This document shows, one piece after another, positions 56,998 to 64,000 of a stretch of 64,000 nucleotides of DNA (position 1 is its first letter; each line of letters starts with the position of its first letter). The notes beneath the pieces are model-generated. The model was given only the letters and a program-made list of their open reading frames with translations. It made no database searches and was not told the DNA's origin. Source of the DNA: Methanobacteriota archaeon (lineage in GTDB: Archaea; JAADCQ01; Methanopyri; Methanopyrales; Methanopyraceae); NCBI GenBank assembly GCA_027064425.1, contig JAMOPO010000015.1, forward strand, positions 64,001-128,000, written 5' to 3'. The position numbers were made by a program, and so were the translations under genes.

Positions 56998-59217
56998 GTG
57001 AAGAGGATCAACGTGGCGATCGCGGGTCACGTGGATCACGGCAAGTCGTCCCTGCTGAAGTGTATTACCGGTGAGTTCCCGGACTCGGAGGAGTTCGAGC
57101 TGGACCGCGGGATCACGGTCGTGATGAAGGTCATCCCGGCGGAGTGGAAGGGCGTGGAGATCCGGTTCATCGACACCCCGGGTCACTCGGACTTCCGGGA
57201 GGAGGTGGGCAAGGCGCTGCTGCTGGCGGACGGGCTGGTCCTGGTCGTGGCGGCGGACGAGGGGGTGCAGGCGCGGACGGAGGTGATCATCGAGGAGGCG
57301 AAGGAGCTGGGCCTCCCGGTCGTCCTGGCTGTTAACAAGATGGATAAGGAGGGGGCGGACTTCGATCGGGTGGTGAAGGAGGTCAGGGAGCGGGGGCTCG
57401 AGCCGGAGGCGGCGGTTCCCACCTCGGCGAAGACGGGGGAGGGGATCGAGGAGCTGCTGGACGCGATCGTCGAGCACATCGAGCCGTGCGGGTACGGGGA
57501 TCCGGACGACGAGACGGAGTTCCTGGTGGTGGACGTCCAGCGGATGAAGGGTGTGGGGACGGTCGCGCTGGGTGTGGTCCGGTCGGGCACGCTGGAGCCG
57601 GGCATGACGCTGAGGATGCGGGAGGAGGAGTACCGGGTGAAGGCCGTGTTCTCGCCCGAGCGGGAGCGGGTCGGGTCGGCGGGGCCGGGCGACATCGTCC
57701 TGGCGGCTCTGGACCGGGCGCCGGAGACGGGCTACCTGCTGACGGAGAGCGGCGGTTACCGGGTGGACAACCCGGAGGACGTCCGGCCGTGCGTCCGCTT
57801 CGTGATCGACGTCGACGATACCTCGCGCGCGGTGGAGGTGCTGCGGGACCTCTCCCGTCGGAACATGGGGCTGGAGTACGAGGTCCGGGACGACGGAACG
57901 CTGGTCGTCTCGTGCCTCGGTGACGTGCACTTCGATCGGGTGAGGTCGGAGCTGGAGGACGCGGGCGTGGAGGTGGAGGTCAGGTCCCGGGAGTTCGAGG
58001 GTGTCAAGACGGTCGGGAGGCGGGCCCGGGGCCGGTTTGGATCGGTGGAGGTGGAGGTCCTGCCGCGCGCGACGGAGGGCGTGCGGGTGTTCCGGCGGGG
58101 TAAGGACCGGGCGACGACGGACGAGATCACGACCGCGCACCTGGTCGCGGACGAGTTGGGGATCGACGGGCTGGTCGTGAACATCCTCAGCGAGGGTGAG
58201 GCCAAGCCGGAGGAGCTCGCGGAGGCGCTGGCGTCCGCCATCGAGGAGGCCGGGATCTTCGAGCTGTACCCGATGGAGAACGTGCTGATCGAGGTCGGGA
58301 ACGTCGGCAAGGCCGCCTCGCTGGTCTACAAGCACGAGGGTCACGTCATCGAGTCGGACGAGCGGAGCCTGAAGGCGGTCGTCCCGGCGCCCCGGCTCAA
58401 CGACCTCGTGGACGAGCTCATGCGCGAGACCTCCGGACGGGCCCGGGTCCGGCTGCTCTCGTCGTCCGGCGTCGAGGGCCCGATCCTGTCGATCGACCCG
58501 GGAGAGGTGAACTTCGGGCTCGCCTACATCCCGCGGCGCGGCCCGTGCGACGTGACCTCGGTCAAGCTCACCGGGCACTCGGAGGAGGACAAGGTCCGGG
58601 AGCTTCGGCGGACCCTTAGGATGTTCCTGGCGGACCGGGAGGAGCCCTCGCTGGTGTACGTGGGCAACGGGCCGGGTCACGAGATCGCGGTCGAGGCCGT
58701 GCGCGGGGTGCTGGAGGACGCCGAGGTGATCCTCGTGGACGAGCGGGAGACGACGAAGGAGGCGCTCTACCGGCTCTCCTCGGGCAAGCTGGAGAACGTG
58801 GAGTCCCGGGACCTCCGGGATCACGGCGTGGCCGCGCTCGCGATCGCCCGGCGCGGGCAGCTGGGCCGCCGGGTCAAGGAGCGCGTGGACCGGGATCGGA
58901 TCCGGCGCCGCGTCACCACGGCGTTCGGCGGTGGTTCCAGTCGGTTCGGGGACTACTCGCGGCTGCCGCTCAGCGACCCGGAGGAGCTCAAGGAGGGGAC
59001 GATGCTGCAGATCAAGGACCCGAGCCGCATCAGCACGGGCCTCTCCCGCGGCGACGTGGTCATCTTCCAGGGCTGGCGCGAGGACGGCGGCATGATCGCG
59101 TCCACCCTGACCGGAAACCGGGTGATCATCAAGCCCAAGGACGGTAAGTCGCTGAAGCATCCCAAGAGGTTCTTCGAGGTGTTCCGCCCCGTCAAGCCCA
59201 GGGACTCGTCCGGATGA
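56998..59217 (+). CDS. EF-G/EF-2-like translational GTPase fused to YqgF-type RNase H-fold domain
   Basis: GHVDHGKS, RGITV, DTPGHSDF, NKMD, SAK, LGDVH; C-terminal SIDPG..FGLA, VGNG, VDERETT, AALAIAR; start 56998 or 56980. Confidence 0.8.
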   Translation: MKRINVAIAGHVDHGKSSLLKCITGEFPDSEEFELDRGITVVMKVIPAEWKGVEIRFIDTPGHSDFREEVGKALLLADGLVLVVAADEGVQARTEVIIEEAKELGLPVVLAVNKMDKEGADFDRVVKEVRERGLEPEAAVPTSAKTGEGIEELLDAIVEHIEPCGYGDPDDETEFLVVDVQRMKGVGTVALGVVRSGTLEPGMTLRMREEEYRVKAVFSPERERVGSAGPGDIVLAALDRAPETGYLLTESGGYRVDNPEDVRPCVRFVIDVDDTSRAVEVLRDLSRRNMGLEYEVRDDGTLVVSCLGDVHFDRVRSELEDAGVEVEVRSREFEGVKTVGRRARGRFGSVEVEVLPRATEGVRVFRRGKDRATTDEITTAHLVADELGIDGLVVNILSEGEAKPEELAEALASAIEEAGIFELYPMENVLIEVGNVGKAASLVYKHEGHVIESDERSLKAVVPAPRLNDLVDELMRETSGRARVRLLSSSGVEGPILSIDPGEVNFGLAYIPRRGPCDVTSVKLTGHSEEDKVRELRRTLRMFLADREEPSLVYVGNGPGHEIAVEAVRGVLEDAEVILVDERETTKEALYRLSSGKLENVESRDLRDHGVAALAIARRGQLGRRVKERVDRDRIRRRVTTAFGGGSSRFGDYSRLPLSDPEELKEGTMLQIKDPSRISTGLSRGDVVIFQGWREDGGMIASTLTGNRVIIKPKDGKSLKHPKRFFEVFRPVKPRDSSG

Positions 59218-59681
59218 TCCTGGGCGAGGAGCTGCTCCGCCGGGTCTTCCCGGGCCTCGAGGAGGACCAGTACCAGCCCGCCGGAATCGACCTGAAGCTC
59301 CGGCGCGTGTTCCGACTGCGTGGCGAGGCGGGTCTGCTCCGCGGGGACGAGAAGCGGCTGCCGGAGTACCGAGAGGTCGAGCCTGAGGGCGGGGAGTACC
59401 GTCTGGACCCCGGCGAGCCTTACGTGCTCGAGCTGGCCCCGAAGCTCGAGATCCCGGAGGACACCGTCGCCCTGTTCTTCCCCCGCTCCACGCTCATCCG
59501 GTCCGGCGTCGCCGTGCACACCGCGGTCGGGGACCCCGGGTTCCGGGGACACATCCGGGTGCTCGCCGTGAACCACCACCGCGAACCGTACCGGCTGGCC
59601 CGGGGCGAGCGCGTGGTCCAGGCAGTCTTCATCAAGGCCAAGGGGGCCGGCACTTACTCCGGAGACTACGGCGAGGGGTGA
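59214..59681 (+). CDS. Archaeal dUTPase / dCTP deaminase-like protein
   Basis: QPAGIDL, PRSTLIRSG, DPGFRG, GERVVQ, YSGDY. Confidence 0.85.
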   Translation: MILGEELLRRVFPGLEEDQYQPAGIDLKLRRVFRLRGEAGLLRGDEKRLPEYREVEPEGGEYRLDPGEPYVLELAPKLEIPEDTVALFFPRSTLIRSGVAVHTAVGDPGFRGHIRVLAVNHHREPYRLARGERVVQAVFIKAKGAGTYSGDYGEG

Positions 59682-59688
59682 GCGAGAA

Positions 59689-60243
59689 GTGCCCGTCGAG
59701 GTGGTCGTCGTCCGGCCCGGCTACCTGGAGCGGACCGCGAGCGGCGGCGTCCGGCGGGCCGACTCCGCCGTCGTGCTCCTGATCACGGACGAGATGAACC
59801 TGCTCGTCGACGTGGGCTGCGAGAAGCCGAGACAGCTGGTCCGGCGGCTGGAGCCGTACGGCGTCGACGCGGTGGTGTTCACCCACGGCCATCACGACCA
59901 CGTGGGCAACGCCGAGGAGATCCGGGAGGCCTTCGACCCGGACTTCTACGCCCACCCGGAGGAGGCGGGCTCCGTCCCGGTGGACGTGGACGACGTCGAC
60001 GAGCTCGATCCGCCCGAGGGCGTTGAGGTCGTGGAGACGCCGGGCCACACGCCGGGGCACGTATCGGTGGCCGTCGGCGACCACCTGATCGTGGCCGGCG
60101 ACGCGTGTCCGACGCCCGACAACGCGGTGGAGCGAACGCCGCCCGCCATCGCCTGGGACCGGGAGAGGGCGGAGAAGTCCCTGGAGGTGGTCCTGTCCTA
60201 CCCTACAGTCATCCCGGGGCACGGCGTCCACGTGCGCCCCTAG
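59689..60243 (+). CDS. MBL-fold metallo-hydrolase
   Basis: THGHHDH, TPGHT, AGD, PGHG. Confidence 0.85.
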   Translation: MPVEVVVVRPGYLERTASGGVRRADSAVVLLITDEMNLLVDVGCEKPRQLVRRLEPYGVDAVVFTHGHHDHVGNAEEIREAFDPDFYAHPEEAGSVPVDVDDVDELDPPEGVEVVETPGHTPGHVSVAVGDHLIVAGDACPTPDNAVERTPPAIAWDRERAEKSLEVVLSYPTVIPGHGVHVRP

Positions 60244-60551
60244 CCGAGTGGGCTCAGCGAGGGATGCACCCCGGGCCGGTGCCGCTCGCACCACTCGCCG
60301 ATCAGTAGTGCCCGCACGGAGTCCCGGGACAGCTCCACCGCCGGCTCCCCGTCCCCCAGTCTCTCGAGCCTCTCGGAGAGCACGTCGGCCAGGACCTCGA
60401 CGTCCTCCGGCGTCAGTCCCTTGACGTACACCGCGTAGCCCCGGCACCCGCACCTCCTGGCGAAGGCCTCCACCACGGGAACGACGATCCTCTTACCCAG
60501 CAGGCTGGACAGCTCCTCCTCCAGCCGCCGCGCGAACCGATCCGGCTCCAA
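60240..60551 (-). CDS. Small conserved hypothetical protein
   Basis: RCGC motif and C-terminal CERH; fits between neighbours. Confidence 0.55.
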   Translation of the reverse strand: MEPDRFARRLEEELSSLLGKRIVVPVVEAFARRCGCRGYAVYVKGLTPEDVEVLADVLSERLERLGDGEPAVELSRDSVRALLIGEWCERHRPGVHPSLSPLG

Positions 60552-60612
60552 GCGAGATCACCCCCCGGGGGAGTCCAACTCGCGGGAGACCGCCGCCAGG
60601 CTCGGACTGTAC

Positions 60613-61623
60613 GTGAACTCCGCCGTAATCTCGGCCGCGGCGGCCCTGATCCTGCCCAACGTACCCGCGTACGTGTACGGGAGAGGCGGCAGCGAGCTCA
60701 CGGCGGGCATCGTGCTCTCCGTGTTCTCCGTGACCATGGCCGCGGTCTCCCTACCCGTCACCCGCGTCCTGGAGGGTCTCCCCGCCGGCCTCCCCATCAT
60801 GCTGGGATGCCTGGGTTACGGCCTGACGCTGACTCCGTTCATCCTCGCCCCCTCCATCGCGACCTTGGGAATCGCGCGCGCCCTCCAGGGCGTCTGCTCC
60901 GCGTTCTCCTTCACGGCGAACGTGGCGGCCGCCGTGCAGATGGGGCGGCGCGTCGTCTCGGTCAACAACTTCGTCTCCAACCTCGGGTTCATCGCGGGCT
61001 ACGCGGCCTCCTCCTACCTCCCGAACCCATTCGAGACCTGCCTGCTCCTGAGCGCGGTCTCCTCGGTGTTCGGACTCCCGCTCCTGTTCATCAGGATCCG
61101 GCCCCAGGAGGCCGTCACAAGGGAGCACGAGTACCCGCGCTCCTTCCCCGCCGCGCTCCTCCTGACCCTCGCCTCCACCCTGCCCAACTCCGCCGTCACC
61201 CTGATCGCCCCGAAGGTGGAGCCCAACTACGGGCCCATCATCGCCGCGATGACGGCCGCCGGCGGGCTGGCGCAGCTGCTGGGGCCCACGCTCGGGGAGG
61301 ACCTGTCCGCCGCGCTGGCGGCCCTCCTCGCGGGCCTGTCCGGTCTCATGGGCTACTCGGTCGCGAGCGTGCTCCTCGCCGGCGTGGCCACGGGGCTGAT
61401 GTACTACGCGGCCAACATATACAGCGGTGGCGGGCGCGGCGTCCGGGCGATCTCGCTGGCCATCGGGGTTGGGTACGCGGTCAATCAGCCCCTGATCGGA
61501 GCGATCATGATGTGCGGCTGGGACGGCTGGGGCCTCCCGACCGCGGTGTCCGGCGCCATGACCCTGGCCGCCCTGCTGGGGACCGCGTCAGGTTGGATGC
61601 GCAGGAGAGATTCGACCGGATAG
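60613..61623 (+). CDS. MFS-like membrane protein (divergent)
   Basis: Many hydrophobic helices, ARALQG motif; start uncertain. Confidence 0.65.
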   Translation: MNSAVISAAAALILPNVPAYVYGRGGSELTAGIVLSVFSVTMAAVSLPVTRVLEGLPAGLPIMLGCLGYGLTLTPFILAPSIATLGIARALQGVCSAFSFTANVAAAVQMGRRVVSVNNFVSNLGFIAGYAASSYLPNPFETCLLLSAVSSVFGLPLLFIRIRPQEAVTREHEYPRSFPAALLLTLASTLPNSAVTLIAPKVEPNYGPIIAAMTAAGGLAQLLGPTLGEDLSAALAALLAGLSGLMGYSVASVLLAGVATGLMYYAANIYSGGGRGVRAISLAIGVGYAVNQPLIGAIMMCGWDGWGLPTAVSGAMTLAALLGTASGWMRRRDSTG

Positions 61624-62468
61624 AGACGGGAGCGGCGGTGGGAGTGGCCGGCAACGTCGGGCTGGCCGCCGCCAAGGTCGCGGTCGGACTCCTAGCGAAC
61701 AGCTGGGCCCTGGTGGCGGACGGCCTCCACTCCGCCAGCGACGTCGTCGCCTCCGCGCTGGTCTACCTAGGCTCCCGGCTCGCGCGGAAGCCCCCCGACG
61801 AGCGCCACATGTACGGGCACTACAAGGCCGAGGTGCTCGCCGGCCTGCTCGTCTCCGCCATCGTGGCCGGTACCGGGATATCCATCGGGTGGGAGTCGAT
61901 CACCAGCCTCCCGCGCCCCAAACCGGTGACCTCCACCCTCCCCCTGATCATCGCCCTCGCCTCCGCCGCGGTGAAGGAGGGGATGTACCGGTACACCATG
62001 CGCCTGGCCGAGCGCGCCCAGAGCTCCTCGCTGAAGGCGGACGCCAAGCACCACCGCAGCGACGCCCTCTCCTCGCTCGCCGCGGCCGCGGGCGTTCTCG
62101 GCGCCCTCCTCGGCCACCCATGGGCCGATCCCGCCGCCGCCCTCCTCGTCGCCGGCCTGATCGTGAAGATGGGGGTTGAAGTCGGCTGGGAGTGCGTGCA
62201 CGAGCTGATGGACGTCGCACCACCGCCCGAGCTGATCCGGGAGATCCACCGCGCCCTGGAGCGCGAGCTGTCCGAGTACGGCGCCGAACCGGCCATCGTC
62301 CGCGGGCGCAAGATGGGCCCCGCCTACCACATCGACGTGGTGATCACCGCGGACCCGAGCCTGCGGCTCCGCGAGCTGGAGAGGCTGAGGAACAGGGTGA
62401 CGAGGTGCGTCCGCCGCGTCCTCCCCTCCGCCGACATCGTGACCGTTGAGTTCCACCCGCGCGAGTGA
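61593..62468 (+). CDS. Cation diffusion facilitator (FieF-like) transporter
   Basis: ALVADGLHSASD, PPDERHMYGH, ADAKHHRSD, C-terminal EFHP. Confidence 0.9.
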   Translation: MDAQERFDRIETGAAVGVAGNVGLAAAKVAVGLLANSWALVADGLHSASDVVASALVYLGSRLARKPPDERHMYGHYKAEVLAGLLVSAIVAGTGISIGWESITSLPRPKPVTSTLPLIIALASAAVKEGMYRYTMRLAERAQSSSLKADAKHHRSDALSSLAAAAGVLGALLGHPWADPAAALLVAGLIVKMGVEVGWECVHELMDVAPPPELIREIHRALERELSEYGAEPAIVRGRKMGPAYHIDVVITADPSLRLRELERLRNRVTRCVRRVLPSADIVTVEFHPRE

Positions 62469-62480
62469 GGGGGAGCACCC

Positions 62481-63824
62481 GTGCGAGGCCTCGTGATCGC
62501 CGGCGTTCGGAGCGGGTGCGGCAAGACCTCCCTCACGATCGGACTGCTCCGCGCGCTCCGCGAGGAGGGCCACCGCGTCCGCCCCTTCAAGGTCGGGCCC
62601 GACTACATCGACCCCACCTACCTCGAGGTGGCCGCCGGGGCGGAGAGCTACAACCTGGACGTCTGGATGATGGGCGAAGGGGGCGTCGTGGACACCTTCC
62701 TCCGCGCCACGAAGGGCTTCGACTGCGCCGTGATCGAGGGCGTCATGGGGATGTTCGACGGGCACGGGGAGGGGGACGCGTCCGGGAGCACCGCTCACGT
62801 GGCCCGCCTGGTCGGTGCGCCCGTGGTCCTCGTCGTGGACTGCCGGAGCTACTCCACCACCGTGGCGGCCGAGGTGCGAGGGTTCCTCGACCTGGCCCGG
62901 GAGCTCGGCGTCGAGCTCGCCGGCGTGATCCTCAACCGGGTGGGAAGCGAGCGCCACGAGCGGCTGCTGCGCCGCGCCCTCGAGCGCTACTGCCCCGAAG
63001 CCCGGGTCCTCGGCGCGGTACCCCGGCTGAGGAACGCGGTGATCCCGGACCGACACCTGGGCCTGATCCCCGCGGACGAGCGACGGGAGTTCGCCGAGCG
63101 GGTCGCGGAGTACTGGGGCGAGGTCGCCGCCGAGCACCTCGACCTGGACGCGATCGCCGAGCTGGAGGTAGGCGAGCCCGCGGTCGAGCCCACCCCGCCA
63201 CCGGAGCCGCCGGAGTCCGGGGCCAAGATCGCCGTGGTCTCCGGGCGCGTCTTCACGTTCTACTACCGGGAGAACCTGGAGTACCTGACCTCCGCGGGCG
63301 AGGTCGTGCACGTGGATCCCGAGGGCGACCGGCTCCCGGACGTGGACGCGGTCTACATCCCCGGCGGGTACCCGGAGGTGTACGCCGAGCACCTCGACGA
63401 GCGGCTCATGGAGGACCTCCGGGCCTTTCACGAGGACGGCGGGCCGATCCTGGCGGAGTGCGGCGGCCTCATGTACCTGTGCTCCGAGCTGGTGGACGCG
63501 GACGGAGAAGAGCATGAGATGGTCGGGATCTTCGACGCGGTCGCCCGGATGCGGGACAGGCTGGTCGCTCTCGGCTACGTCGAGGGGACGATCACGCGAG
63601 CGCACCCGTTCGGCCGCCCGGGTCGGAGCGTTCGCGGCCACGAGTTCCACTACTCCGAGGTCGAGGTCCGGGAGGAGGTCGACTACGCGTACCGGCTGAA
63701 GCGCGGGAAGGGTGTCGAGGAGGGTCGGGACGGCTTGGTAAAGGGGAACACGGTCGCCTCGTACACGCACCTGCACGTGCGCTCGGACGGGGGCGTGTTC
63801 GCAGGCCTGGCCCGGGGATCCTAA
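62481..63824 (+). CDS. Cobyrinate a,c-diamide synthase family (CbiA, or CfbB for F430)
   Basis: SGCGKT, FKVGPDYIDP, IEGVMG, RHLGL, GGYPE, AECGGLMYL, GHEFHYS, YTHLH. Confidence 0.9.
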   Translation: MRGLVIAGVRSGCGKTSLTIGLLRALREEGHRVRPFKVGPDYIDPTYLEVAAGAESYNLDVWMMGEGGVVDTFLRATKGFDCAVIEGVMGMFDGHGEGDASGSTAHVARLVGAPVVLVVDCRSYSTTVAAEVRGFLDLARELGVELAGVILNRVGSERHERLLRRALERYCPEARVLGAVPRLRNAVIPDRHLGLIPADERREFAERVAEYWGEVAAEHLDLDAIAELEVGEPAVEPTPPPEPPESGAKIAVVSGRVFTFYYRENLEYLTSAGEVVHVDPEGDRLPDVDAVYIPGGYPEVYAEHLDERLMEDLRAFHEDGGPILAECGGLMYLCSELVDADGEEHEMVGIFDAVARMRDRLVALGYVEGTITRAHPFGRPGRSVRGHEFHYSEVEVREEVDYAYRLKRGKGVEEGRDGLVKGNTVASYTHLHVRSDGGVFAGLARGS

Positions 63825-63848
63825 CCCTGCCCGAGACCGCCGGGCGGG

Positions 63849-64000
63849 GTGCGCGCGTTGGAGGCGGTCGTGCGCATCCTAGTCGACAACCGGGTCGGGA
63901 TGGTTCGGGACCCGTACCTCGGCCGGCACGGGCTGGCGGTGGTCGTGGAGGTGCCCTCGGAGGACCTGCGGGTACTCTTCGACACGGGCCCGTCGAAGGA
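63849..64000 (+). CDS. MBL-fold protein, N-terminal part (truncated by window)
   Basis: ILVDN...HGLAVVVE...LFDTG. Confidence 0.7.
   Translation, partial: MRALEAVVRILVDNRVGMVRDPYLGRHGLAVVVEVPSEDLRVLFDTGPSK

Noticed and set aside
56998-59217. Possible SelB or canonical EF-2
   Set aside because: Domain order and the YqgF-like C-terminus fit neither; no recognisable diphthamide loop

Overview
GC-rich, gene-dense archaeal chromosome segment. It is almost certainly from a Methanopyrus-type hyperthermophilic methanogen, based on the selenocysteine-type Fwd operon, acidic proteins, two tRNA genes with C8 and a DUF1678-like protein. Most of the window is housekeeping: mat, gatD, hisH/hisI/hisS, dph2, corrinoid/tetrapyrrole genes, modABC-moeA, the fwdG-D-fwuB-(Zn finger)-fwdA-C operon, lysC/hom, hypA/B/E, rps8e, srp19, and tRNA-Ser and tRNA-Tyr. 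There is also a secreted-protein/CobN cluster (18.1-27.2 kb) and a lineage-specific island (47.7-53.9 kb). Main leads: (1) fwuB has TWO in-frame UGA codons, the usual catalytic Sec and a second at a [4Fe-4S] ligand position, followed by a clean archaeal SECIS. (2) Five unrelated secreted proteins share a basic/xPV-Pro-rich/Arg C-terminal tail, and two of them flank a PrsW/CPBP-type intramembrane protease, suggesting a protein-sorting system. (3) An EF-G-like translational GTPase is fused to a YqgF-type nuclease. (4) One 23-bp palindrome occurs behind both tRNAs and at the island edge. (5) A sharp, gene-orientation-independent C-to-G skew inversion is centred on the island. All family assignments come from motifs recognised by eye, not from database searches.
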